From Priapulus caudatus (taxonomy: Eukaryota): a stretch of DNA of 64,000 nt. The position numbers and the translations under genes were made by a program. The notes beneath the pieces are model-generated. The model saw nothing but the letters and a program-made list of their open reading frames with translations. It was not told the DNA's origin and searched no databases. How positions within the stretch are numbered: position 1 is the first letter of the stretch; every line of letters begins with the position of its first letter. The stretch is from assembly GCF_000485595.1 (NCBI RefSeq), contig NW_014577077.1, forward strand, positions 94,471-158,470, read 5' to 3'. Positions 1-12,053 of the stretch are shown piece by piece.

Positions 1-1159
1 GCAAGTGAGCCATTCTTGTGAAATATTGACAGAAACGTGCATTCAAATGTGAATTTTGAAGTCAAAGCGATTTCGGCCACTTTTTCACTAAATTTAACAT
101 ATTTTTAGTCATTATATCAAAACCTAGTGTGGAGCAATTTTGCATGTATTGTGAAATATAATGTACCTGATATTACATACCTACCATGGGATACTAGCTA
201 ATACCAAAAAATTAAACCTAAAACCTAAAATGTTCAAAATCTAAGTTTTGTTCAAAATTAGGGGGTATGGTTGAACTTTGCCAAGATATGTGCCACAAAC
301 AACCACCATATTACAAAGTAATGATATATTCCAATGCAGTGGGTCCTTGTGAAGTTTTTGATGGGTAATATGTTACTCTGGGAGTTTTCATTTGTGAATT
401 ATTGACAGAAACGTGCAATGTGAATTTTGAAGTCAAAGCGATTTCGGCCACTTTTTCACTAAATTTAACATATTTTTAGTCATTATATCAAAAGCATGTA
501 TTGTGAAATATAATGTACCTGATATTACATACCTACCATGGGATACTAGCTAATACCAAAAAATTAAACCTAAAACCTAAAATGTTCAAAATCTATGTTT
601 TGTTCGCAACTATCAAAATTAGGGGGTATGGTTGAACTTTGCCAAGATATGTGCCACAAACAACCACCATATTACAAAGTAATGATATATTCCAATGCAG
701 TGGGTCCTTGTGAAGTTTTTGATGGGTAATATGTTACTCTGGGAGTTTTCATTTGTGAATTATTGACAGAAACGTGCAATGTGAATTTTGAAGTCAAAGC
801 GATTTCTGCCACTTTTTCACTAAAGTTAACATATTTTTGGTCATTATATCAAAATTTTGACAAATAACCCCACAAATGTTTTATATTGCTATTACTATAT
901 TAGTTGGCATCCAGTAGGCAAATTATTGGCACTATGTAGTCCTTAACAAAATATTTATTTCAATTTTACCAAATATCACATATTTTGGCAAAGCGAAGAA
1001 GCGGTATTATACTATTTCGAGTGATAACACAGAGATGGCCGAGAGTTATACACTGCTATCACATTTTTTTCGTATCTAGGGACATATATCTTGCTAAAAA
1101 TCACAATGAGCCTTACTCCATCTGTATGGTACCGACCAACCCCCTTGGCTCATAGCCTA
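1..1159. mobile_element. Right terminal arm of an Academ-type transposon (second copy; runs off the window)
   Basis: Ends ...ttggctcatagccta|tat, like 7384|7385-7387. Near-identical to 6603-7384 but with an extra ~370-bp internal tandem subunit. Confidence 0.75.
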
Positions 1160-1762
1160 TATGGGAGAGGTTTGAACGTCCTATTTTGGAGCACGCCAGT
1201 CGACCTACTTTCGAGCCACGTCTACTTTTTGGCAAAAATGGAAATGGCCATAAGTCAGTTCAGGTACAACGAATTTTGCTCATTTCTGGTTTGTGAATGA
1301 ATGAGGACTGGCCCCCAAAACATATCACACGGGTTTTGATTTTTTTTTAATTATGCAAATTAGGTAGATTTTAGCAATTTCACTATGCATTTCAGTGTCT
1401 GCCTACGGTCAACTCAAGAACCGTTTGACCCAAATGTTTCAAATTGCATACAGTTGTTACTCCTATTGGAGAGGTTTGAACGTCATATTTTGGAGCATGC
1501 CAGTCGACCTATTTTAGAGCCACGTCCACTTTTTGGCAAAAATGAAAATGGCCTAGATTCATTCGATTTTGTTAAATTTTGGTATATGACTGTGTAAGGC
1601 TAGCCCCAAAACAGTTGTTACTCTTATGGGAGAGATGACAACGTCCTATTACGTTTATTTCATCTAACTGGTTAACAACTCTACAATCATACCTATATAT
1701 ATATATATATATACGTGTAATATTCTGTTTTAGATTCTTCGTTACAGTAATTTTACTGGAAT
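1160..1762 (+). repeat. Helentron/HINE-type satellite units, copy of 7385-7984
   Basis: Direct near-identity with 7385-7984, ending abruptly after gttacagtaattttactggaat. Confidence 0.75.
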
Positions 1763-2024
1763 TGTTAGGGTTAGGGAGTAGGCGTAGGTGACTCCCTAGA
1801 CTCGTTAGTGGAGTAGGCGAGGTACGGTCCGGCATATTAGATAGTACCAGGGTACGTTCCGATATATCGAATCGTACCCAGGGTACCCTGCGATAGTACC
1901 CTGGGGGACATGGACCCTCTCAGCTTAACTACCAGCTTATTATCAATGGCTGTCAGTCATGTCAGTGGTGTTTCGTCTTAATGTTGCATCGTATACTAGT
2001 TTATTTGTTTGCTAACCACCGCAG

Positions 2025-2207
2025 AACGCAGAGGAGGAGTTTGTATGCCTGGCCGTGTACCTAGGTCTGTGCACTCAGTCAAGTGTTGACGTAGATGTGA
2101 GTTGCATGTCTATGATGCAGTGGACGTATAACAAACCACCATACACAATAAGGAATTGGTGCCATCAGTTCAACTCCTTTGTTAACAAGAATCCAAGCGC
2201 AGGAAAG
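2025..2207 (+). CDS. UBR3: UBR3 internal coding exon (NAEEEFVCLAVYLGL...WCHQFNSFVNKNPSAGK), phase 0-0
   Basis: Acceptor gctaaccaccgcag (with ctaac branch motif), 183-nt open exon, donor AAG|gtatg. The peptide resembles the EEEF..LA..LGL...W....I..WC..........GK segment of UBR3 as I recall it, and joins in frame to 8932. Confidence 0.85.
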
Positions 2208-3233
2208 GTATGTTGGAGTGTAGAACGTTTTCTGACAATTACCATGCAGTGCAAGTTAATGTGCTTCTGAATTATTCTGTTCAATATAATTGGTAATGGT
2301 ATTAATATGGGTGTAATAGCATCTAGGTTTCATAGCTTATTATGTTTTTATTTATTACTCGTTGCTGCTGGTGCATGTAACAAATGAAGTAAATAAGTAG
2401 ATATACTTCCAAATGATTGAGCTGCGTATAAAGGTAGCATAGTAATTGAATGGTGTTATACTACTTGTCATGGAATCTATGTACCAGAAATTGTCTTGTC
2501 TTATTTCTTAATTTTCTTTACCATTTTTTCTCAGAAAACCATCAAACCAGACCTGATGCATAACAGTGTACTTAATATTTATAAGCTCCTTATAAATTAT
2601 TTGTAATTGAGTTGAGTACCTTTGCCTGGTGTTGATATAGCATGTTATCTGCAGGCATGAGAATTTTCCGCTAATTCGTGGATTTTCGATTTTGGTTTTC
2701 ATTATAGTCGTTCTTGAGATTGATGCAAAAAACTAATAAAAAGCTTCGGGGGGTAATACGGAATTTTTTGGTCAAAATGTAGCTCGCCTTGACATCGTCA
2801 AGATGAGCTATTGCCATGGGGTGTCGTCCGTCGTACGTCCGTTCGTCCGTCAACATTTGGCTACGGTCAACAATAACTCAAGAACCGTTTGATTCACATG
2901 TTTCAAATTGCATATAGTTGTTACTCCTACGGGAGAGGTTTGAACGTCCTATTTTGGAGCACGCCAGTCGACCTACTTTCGAGCCACGTCCACTTTTTGG
3001 CTAAAATGGAAATGGCCATAAGTCAGTTCAGGTTCAACAGATTTTGCTCATTTCTGGTATGTGAAGGAATGAGGACTGGCCCCAAAACATATCACACAGG
3101 TTTTTATTTTTATTATGCAAATTAGGTAGATTTTGGAAATTTCACTATGCATTTCAGTGTCTGCCTACGGTCAACTAAACTCAAGAACCGTTTGACCCAA
3201 ATGTTTCAAATTGCATACAGTTGTTACTCCTAT

Positions 3234-6200
3234 TAGGCTATGAGCCAGACCCCCCAAATTGACCAGTTGGTACCATACAGATGGAGTAAGGCTCATTGTG
3301 ATTTTTAGCAAGATATATATCCCTAGATATGAAAAAAATGTGATAGCAGTGTATAACTCTCGGCCATCTCTGTGTTATCACTCGAAATAGTGCTTTGCCT
3401 TCTTCGCTTCGCCAAAATATGTGATATTTGGTAAAATGAAATTAAATATTTTGTTAAGACTACATAGTGCCAATAATTTGCCTACTGGATGGCAACTAAT
3501 ATAGTAATACGCAATATAAAACATTTGTGGGGTTATTTGTCAAAAATTTTGATATAATGACCAAAAATATGTTAACTTTAGTGAAAAAAGTGGCAGAAAT
3601 CGCTTTGACTTTGACTTTCGACTACCCCCTAATTTTGATATTTGGGAACAAAACTTAGATTTTGAACATTTTAGGTTTTAGGTTTAATTTTTGGTATTAG
3701 CTAGTATCCCATGGTAGGTATGTAACATCAGGTACATTATATTTCACAATACATGCAAAATTGCTCCACACTAGGTTTATCATAATTATGTTATCATTAA
3801 ATGATCTCCCGATTAAATACGCCTTGTTAATTTATACATTGTTAGTACCCAGTCAATTTTTAACACGCCTTGTTATATTATACATTTTATTACCAGTTAA
3901 TTTTTAACACAATTGAACAGATTACAGGCATTGAAATTAAACACATACTAACTAATGCTTACGTCTGAAAAAACATCACGAAAGTGTCCTTTTAGATGCC
4001 CGCAGATATTTGCTCAGAATCCGTATTCTTGCTCCTCGTTCAGATGAATCATCTTCTGCGGAGGCTGTCGTGTCTGACCCGTCAGACAATGGCTGATTGT
4101 CGCAGACAGCAAGTTTACCATGTCTGTACATTTTCAGTCCACTGCAATGCAGACACAATTTGGTAGCTTGCAGCTCCTGGAACAATTACAGGCCAACAAA
4201 TCCAGAAGAGCCTGAGGTGCTGGCTGTCCACTCATCCAGTCCACAGCCAGAGTTGTTTCATCCTGATCATCCCATTTCCATCCCTTTCCAACTGGGCTGG
4301 GCGTCATTGTGTGCCTCTGAAGGCTTCGTTTCCAAATTGCTGCCTGGTAATTGGCTCGCTGTACGTGTTTTCGGAAGCAGTCATTGCATGGAGGCAATTG
4401 GGGCCTCTCAATCTCCCCCTTCTGCCACAGAATAGATGGTATCGAAGGCTATTAAGTTCCTTTGTACCAAACCTGGATGCATATAGGAGGCATGTGATTA
4501 TTCTCCAGCTTATCCATAAGCTCATCGCGCCACATTCCATTCTTGTCCCAACTCGGCGAAGTTTCTTGGACCTCGTTTGCTAGACCTAAGCATTTTTAGC
4601 GCTCCTAGTTTGCCTTTGCCTGCAAATGTGCTGACAGTGTTGCAACCTGTGTAAGCATGCATCCTATAAATCCATGACAAACATCTGCCGCCACTGAAGC
4701 TGCAATTTTGGTAATGTCAATGATTCGTTTCCGATCTTTGTGCACATTTCTGGAACAATGGTTGATTGAATTGAGTATGAAACGCCAACGCCATGTCGAT
4801 AATACGTCGGTGTCATCGGAGCTGATTACAACTGCTGGATATCCAGTCTGTGCAGCATGAGCAGCGTGAAGTAAAGAGTCGACCATCTGCTTCCTCGTGT
4901 GTACTTTGCGAAGCTCAAGCACCTCCTCGGTCCTTCCGTGGTGATTTCTGTAACACTGTGTTCAGTTGTACAAATAAGACCTTTCATTCAGACGCTTTGG
5001 TGTAATCTGGTTTCCTCCATTCGCTCACCAGAAATGAAATGAGGTAGACTTATTCCAACATGGCAAGAAGCTTCCCATTGCCTACAATTTGCTACTGCGG
5101 ATGTTCTGAAGCTTCAGGCCAAGTTCCTCTCCTCTGGCGAGCCTTTCACAGTTCTTGATGGATGTATCTTTGTAGGTGTCGAAGACGATGTCGATCCTGT
5201 CACTAGTGCTGCCATCATTCCAGTGCCATGCACAAACAAACTGGGCAATTTCCTCAAAGTTGACTTGATCCCCCCCCTTTCACCTTCTGGATTATGCTCA
5301 TTCCATCTATTATGGTTGCAGAATGATCAGGAAGTTTGTCAAGCTGGGCGCATTCTTTTGTAGATAACTAGCAAGAGCAGCCTTGTTGTTTTACAGTGAA
5401 GACCTTCTGGGGTTGCCAGTGCCATGGTAATAGACAAGCAGGATTGGATAGTACATCAGCCATTTGCCAGATTTCGTCCCTGTGCCATCCACAATGATGC
5501 AACCAAACAATGCTCTGTCACCTTAAGAATCACGGATCTTGCCACTCATCGGACTTTTTTCTTCTTGCATAAATTGCTGAAGTCTTCAGTTTGTTCATTT
5601 TCATGGATCATGAAAGCGTTTGTTGGTGGGTCCGTCTCGAGCCTCTCAGCCTTTGAAGTCAGTGTAGCATTTAACTCCAATGTCTCTGCATTCTTCAATC
5701 CGAGCAGATATCTTTGGGGGCTTTTTTGCTGTCGAGATACTGATAAGTCTTAACTTAACTTAACTTAACTTAAACTCTTAACTTTAATGATCTGATTATT
5801 AAGTTAATAATTCTATTAAAAGTTAAATGATACATTTTTCCTGGGGCATCCTCATCTTTCCTCACACGCCGTCTTGTGGCAGGTCAGCATGTGGAACATT
5901 TGATCCATCTTCATGTACCATTTCCTCATCTGACCAAGAAAGGCCTCCTGTGTTCTGCAGTAATGTATAGCACTTGACTGCCTTCTGATTTCAGACTAAA
6001 CCTTGTTGTGCCTCCTGGAGTCTGTGTGCCTTGTCACAGTGACTTCAGTCGTTTGGTTAACGGAATGCGTCCAAATGTATTGTGACAGGAGGTTGAACAG
6101 AGAACAAACCACTCAAGAAAGCCTGCGTACACAGCTCGGATGATTGGCTGCCAGATTGGTCATCTCAGTAATCAAAATCTGTCGTATGCAAAACACCAGG

Positions 6201-7384
6201 GGATCATGTGTGGATAGCAAAGAGATGCAAGACCCAATTTCCTTCTTGAGCAGCACGCAGCAGGGCAAGCAAGACGTTTTCAACTATGTCCACATAAAGC
6301 ATCCAAAAGGCTGAGAGTCTCCGTTGTCATGGCGAAGATAGTCTAAGAATTCGTTCCAGGTGGTGACTAACTCCGTGTAATTTGGCGTTTGCCAGAAGAC
6401 TGTCAAATTTCTGTTGTCACAAATGTTCGACCAAAATCACTCACCTTCGTTCTACACAGGACGTTATGTTTGTGCTTTTCTTCTGGTTTTTTGTTTCAAC
6501 CCATGGAATGAATGCCTTCCATGCTAGCTCATGAATGCTTCATACACAAACTTGTGCACATACACTGCTCGGTTGTAGCATTCTTCCAGAAAAACACACT
6601 GGCAGTGAGCTTCTTGTGAAATATGACAGAAAGCGTGCCAATGTGAATTTTGAAGTCAAAGCAATTTCGGCCATCTTTTCACTAAATGTAACATATTTTT
6701 AGTCATTATATCAAAAGCATGTATTGTGAAATATAATGTACCTGATATTACATACCTACCATGGGATACTAGCTAATACCAAAAAAATTAAACGCTAAAA
6801 CCTAAAAGTTCAAAATCTATGTTTTGTTCCCAAATATCAAATTAGGGGGTATGGTTGAACTTGCCAAGATATGTGCCACAAACAACCACCATATTACAAA
6901 GTAATGATATATTCCAATGCAGTGGGTCCTTGTGAAGTTTTTTGATGGGTAATATGTTACTCTGGGAGTTTTTATTTCGTGAATTATTACAGAAACGTGC
7001 AATGTGAATTTTGAAGTCAAAGCCGATTTCGGCGCCATTTTTCACTAAATTTAACATATTTTTAGTCATTATATCAAAAATAATTTTGACAAATAACCCC
7101 ACAAAATGTTTTATATTGCTATTACTATATTAGTTGGCATTCAGTAGGCAAATTATTGGCACTATGTAGTCCTCTACAAAATATTTATTTCAATTTACCA
7201 AATATCACATATTTTGGCACAGCGAAGAAGCGGTTTATACTATTTCGAGTGATAACACAGAGATGGCGAGATTATACACTGCTCATCACATTTTTTTCGT
7301 ATCTAGGGACATATATCTTGCTAAAAATCACAATGAGCCTTACTCCATCTGTATGGTACGACCAACCCCTTGGCTCATAGCCTA
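3234..7384 (-). mobile_element. Academ-superfamily DNA transposon (XPG-nuclease type), internally deleted (inner layer)
   Basis: Termini taggctatgagcca / tggctcatagccta. The left TIR 3234-~3778 is inverted relative to the right arm. 3-bp TSD tat at 3231-3233 and 7385-7387. Removing the element restores the satellite site gttactcctat|ggg.agagg. Confidence 0.8.
3976..6600 (-). pseudogene. Frameshifted, 5'-truncated Academ transposase ORF (transposase C-terminal part + XPG/FEN1-like nuclease + Cys-rich finger)
   Basis: Motifs read in order on -: YNRAV..HK, RAAQEGNW, GLFSVQ, TQTPGG, ALATPEG, IIDGMSIIQK, DRIDIVFDTY, LLHAAHAA...VVISSDDTDV, LPPC...H..RANYQAAIW, P.G.GW, PAPQALLDLLACNCSRSC...C.C...L.C..L. 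Confidence 0.8.
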
Positions 7385-8307
7385 TATGGGCAGAGGTTTG
7401 AACGTCCTATTTGGAGCACGCCAGTCGACTACTTCGAGCACGTCTACTTTTTGGCAAAAATGGAAATGGCCATAAGTCAGTTCAGGGTACAACGAATTTT
7501 GCTCATTTCTGGTTTGTGAATGAATGAGGACTGGCCCCCAAAACATATCACACCGTGTTGTGATTTTTTTTTTAATTATGCAAATTAGGTAGATTTTAGC
7601 AATTTCACTATGCATTTCAGTGTCTGCTACGGTCAACTCAAGAACCGTTTGACCCAAAATGTTTCAAATTGCATACAGTTGTTACTCCTATTGAGAGGTT
7701 TGAACGTCATATTTTGGAGCATGCCAGTCGACCTATTTTAGAGCCACGTCCACTTTTTGGCAAAAATGAAAATGGCCTAGATTTCATTCGATTTTAAATT
7801 TTGGTATATGACTGTGTAAGGCTAGCCCCAAAACAGTTGTTACTCTTATTGGAGAGATGACAACGTCCTATTACGTTTATTTCATCTAACTGTGTTAACA
7901 ACTCTACAATCATACCTATATATATATATATATATACGTGTAATATTCTGTTTTAGATTCTTCGTTACAGTAATTTTACTGGAATATTTTATTGTTTTTA
8001 TTTGCGCGATATTCGAAAACCAAAATGGCGATCATTTAGGTGTAGCATCATTTCTCGTCAAGATTTCAGACTTTCAGTTCTGAAACATTTTATTTTCGCC
8101 AAAACTTATGCATATAACATTATCAAGAGTATATAATGGGAGATATGCTATATACTCTTGCTTTCTATATCCCCCCCCTCCCCCTTCTATCACACCCAAG
8201 ATGTGCTACAGTGTCATTGACACTTTCATTAATTTAAACTTCATAAAAAGTCAGGAAAAGTACGTCAAATTTCACACAGAAGTAACAGAACTCCAGATAA
8301 ATATCGT

Positions 8308-8861
8308 GGTGTATCTATGTAATGTAAATTATGGCATGCCACAACCACACAAAACACAAAAACCGCCACATAAAACATTGAAATTTTTATAGAAAATGAC
8401 AAGACTTTGAATTGTTAGTCACGAAATTGCGTCTTTTACTAAGAACAGAATGGATGGATTCTGGGAATTTTCCCAGAATGCATGGAAATGGCCTATCTGC
8501 CTTCTAATTTCAAAATTTCCTGGGGGCCATTCCTCAGATCCCCTAGCAGGACAGTGTGCTACGCACACTGTTATCGTGAGTGGTGGTGTATCTATGTAAT
8601 GTAAATTATGGCATGCCACAACCACACAAAACACAAAAACCGCCACATAAAACATTGAAATTTTTATAGAAAATGACAAGACTTTGAATTGTTAGTCACG
8701 AAATTGGTCTTTTACTAAGAACAGAATGGATGGATTCTGGGAATTTTTCCCAGAATGCATGGAAATGGCCTATCTGCCCTTCTAAATTTCAAAATTTCCT
8801 GGGGGGCCATTCCCTCAGACTCCCCTAGCAGGACAGTGTGCTACGCACACTGTTATCGTGA
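8308..8861 (+). repeat. Tandem duplication of a ~275-bp unit (8308-8579, 8585-8861)
   Basis: Two adjacent copies differing mostly by homopolymer length; possibly a read-overlap artefact. Confidence 0.8.
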
Positions 8862-8931
8862 CTCCGATAAATTGAAATATTTTCTCCAAAAACATCTCAA
8901 CCTGTTCTCATGCCTGTATCTGTCTGTGTAG

Positions 8932-9141
8932 AGCCTGATGCTGCGCAGGTTTGCCTGGTGCCTCCCTGCATTATTGCGCCTGCCAAACGAGTACGACAAG
9001 ATCTTCACCTACTATCGCACGAAGCAGTGCTACAAGTGTAGCTCGGTGCCGAAAGAGCCCGCCGTGTGTCTCATATGTGGCATGTTCGTCTGCATGAGGG
9101 ACAAGTGTTGCAAGCAGCAATCTGCAATGGAGTGTGTCCAG
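8932..9141 (+). CDS. UBR3: UBR3 coding exon (SLMLRRFAWCLPALLRLPNEYDKIF...PKEPAVCLICG...MECVQ)
   Basis: tgtgtag acceptor, CAG|gtgagc donor. LP..Y..IF, C..C..VPK.PAVCL.CG motifs of the UBR1/2/3 C-terminal domain. Confidence 0.95.
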
Positions 9142-9427
9142 GTGAGCCAACTCATGTGTGAACCACCGTACTTCACGAGTATAACTATATATATATATAT
9201 ATATAACAGAATATTATATATGATAAAATCAGGGGACCATCAAGAGGGCAATGAAATGTAGCATTTAGTTTGGTTACATGTATTAAACGTCGTCGTGAAA
9301 ATAATGCTAAAAATAGTGTTTTTCTGCCCGAGTGTGTTTTAGTTCTCGGCCATGTTATGTACAGAGGAATTTGTTAACCTACAGAAACGAAATTTAAGTA
9401 AGGCACTATGTTGCACGTTTTTCACAG

Positions 9428-9567
9428 CACTCTGTAGACTGTGGAGCAGGCACTGGTGTGTTCCTTGCGATCAACTCTTCTCTAGTCATTGTGATCAGTG
9501 GTGCTCGTGCTGGCATCTGGGGATCAGTGTACCTGGATAGCTTTGGTGAAGAGGACAGAGACTTGAG
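9428..9567 (+). CDS. UBR3: UBR3 coding exon ([18 protein letters not shown]...[17 protein letters not shown])
   Basis: ttttcacag acceptor, AG|gtatg donor, phase 0-2. H...CGAGTG.FL and WGSVYLD..GEEDRDL motifs. Confidence 0.95.
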
Positions 9568-9797
9568 GTATGTTTTATACAGAGGAGAAAGCTCAATATT
9601 AAGTAAGAGTGTTTGTGGCTGGTCACACACCTGCTATAATTGTATGTTTACAACTTGGACCATTGTTCTAGTGCAAAAGTGATCTTTATGTCAAATAAAA
9701 TTAAAGCTACGATAGTTACTGTTAATTTGTGATGGGCTTGATCAATAGTCGATGCTGTTGGTGTATGAATGTGATTTATTGAATGATTATTTGTCAG

Positions 9798-9915
9798 ACG
9801 AGGCAAGCCACTCTATCTGAGTGATGTAAGGTACAGACTCCTAGAGCAACAGTGGATCAACCACAGCTTCGATCGAACTGTGAAGAAGTGGATCTGGCAC
9901 AGGGACAACCTTTGA
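9798..9915 (+). CDS. UBR3: UBR3 last coding exon (RGKPLYLSDVRYRLLEQQWINHSFDRTVKKWIWHRDNL*)
   Basis: ttgtcag acceptor in phase 2 completes the Arg codon. The RRGKPLY...RY..LEQQW..H.FD terminus is UBR3-type. TGA at 9913-9915. Confidence 0.95.
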
Positions 9916-11941
9916 AATCCATGCACGTGACCACATTGCTTGCATCCATGTCGGAGATCAGGACAGAGCACAGTATCGATGAACTGATACAATTTTAGTG
10001 AAAATGTAAACATGTAAAGTTGTTAATGTACAGCCATTAAAAGGTTTGTGTGATGCTAGAGCAAGAGCAATTTTTCGTTCACTGTGCAGTGTCAACAATT
10101 TTCTTACATTAATCCATCGTCACAGTAAATAATACTCTTCCAAACTATCTAAATAACCTGGTCACGTAATAGTGGTGTGATGCAAAATATTACTAGGATG
10201 TTAAAATGATATAGTTACACTTTGTTTTCACTATAGATGGCGTGGTTGTCATCTATCACAGCATACGGTTCAATTATTCTTACCCTTCATGAAGAAAGTT
10301 ATCTGGAAATATATCATTATCCCGTTGATGACGTTATGTATATTATAATACATGCATAATGTATATTGTAGTGTTTGCTAGATGTCTTTCATAGTGAAAG
10401 ATTCTCTTATAAGCACAAGTTAATCTACTTGTCTCCATCTAGTTCCACAGTTTTCTGTAATGGAAACAGTGACACTGGCAGTAACAAAAATGGAAAGACA
10501 TTCATTGTATCAGCGATTTCCCACTCAGCATTATGGGAATTAATACCGTCAGTTTTATTAAAAAGACTTAGTAGACTTACTGAATTTACTGGAGGAGTAA
10601 GTAGAATGTGGCGTTTCCGATTCAACATTATCAATAGATACTGTTTTTCCTATCACAGCATGTGCTGAAATGATCGGCTTGGGTTGCGTCGTTTTTTCAT
10701 CCGCATATGTATAGAGTGTATTCACGTTACTGCTTAATCCCACATAACGTTATCGCATGTACATAGACGACCCACTGAAGTGTCATTGGGAGAAGGATGT
10801 TTACTATATGCGCGTACTATGCACTGCATATGACAATTATGTTTAATATTATTGTCCACCTTCCGAAATAGTGTGATGTGATATTTATAATATACAGAGC
10901 AGGATAACTATCATTTTTGCCGTTTTTGTTTTAACTATGATGACTGTTGTTCTTTGAAAGAAGTATGGAAATGGAAGTAGCTGATGAGTTTCTCTGCAGA
11001 TATCCTGCACACGGTTGAATTTGTAATCGTTGCTATTCTGGAGTAAATTTAAAATGCGTTAGGAAATGATAGGCAGGGGTGTGTTGTACAGGCGCACCTA
11101 CGTTTTATTCTTATAGATGGTACGAATTAAAGATGAAATTACTATAACTGGTCTAACGGTCAACGGTCAATTTCAAAACCAGTGGCGTGGCGTTTACCGT
11201 AATACTCTTATCAGATCACACAGAAGTGCTCTTTTGTATATTAGATGGAGATGGGACTCCTTTCTTTCTCAGTCCAACGCAATTTTATATAAGACGACGA
11301 GAATTTTTAGCCAGTACCTTATAGCACTCATAATCGTGTTCCTATAAAATGGAATTCAACGATAGGTGTTTGTGACGTTGCTGATTGCTTTTTTCACCTT
11401 CTGAACACGCCGAGATTACAGTTGTCGTGGGTGTTTGCTGTGCTAACCGGCGTGTGATATTTCTGTATGTTCATCGAGTGCATGTGAACATCCACATAGC
11501 CTAAAGATTAGAGAAAGGAAGAGGGAGCGATACGTTGCACATTGGTGTATATATTCACGTGATGCGATGGGTTTTATTCTGGAATGAGCTAGTGTAATAG
11601 TGGGAATAATTGCAGTACAGTTCCTCAATTCTTGTGACACCCTATTTTATAGGTGGCAATCGTGAAGTAAAATTTTCTGTAGATGTGACGTGATCACGTA
11701 ATTTCAGTCTGAGATACGTAAATATCAATTATATATTGTTTTAAACATCAATATAGATTTGATAACTTACTTATCATATTCGCGCGGGAAATAAGCATCA
11801 GATGGAAAACGTCAAAACAAAAATGCCACCCTGCAGCATTTAAATGGCAACCAAGTTCTCATTATTCCGATTTCACTCACAAGCGTTAATATACCACTTG
11901 CCAGTTATTATAACTTAATAAGCTATAATTTATTATAATTA

Positions 11942-11943
<2 letters not shown>

Positions 11944-11973
<30 letters not shown>

Positions 11974-11983
11974 NNNNNNNNNN

Positions 11984-12052
<69 letters not shown>
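11944..12052. repeat. (TA)n / N-gap / (GT)n microsatellite
   Basis: Seen directly; gap at 11974-11983. Confidence 0.95.

Positions 12053-12053
<1 letters not shown>

Larger units (their letters stand above)
2780..8070 (+). mobile_element. Helentron-associated (HINE/DINE-like) non-autonomous element with ~300-bp internal satellite (middle layer)
   Basis: 5' hairpin tagctc-gc-cttgac-atc-gtcaag-at-gagcta (2780-2810), then a (gtcc)n-like microsatellite, then ~300-bp tandem units (ctacggtcaac...ctcaagaaccgtttga at ~2861, ~3166, ~7627). The 3' end is only approximately placed. Confidence 0.6.
2652..8916. mobile_element. Non-autonomous TIR DNA transposon with 6-bp TSD (outer layer of the nested insertion)
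   Basis: Perfect 12-bp TIR caggcatgagaa (2652-2663) / ttctcatgcctg (8905-8916), flanked by the direct repeat tatctg at 2646-2651 and 8917-8922. CAG...CTG termini suggest a hAT-related element; the superfamily is inference. Confidence 0.8.

Noticed and set aside
1091..1597. Short ORFs recurring at 2889 and 7263
   Set aside because: Chance frames in TIR and satellite repeats, not conserved between copies.
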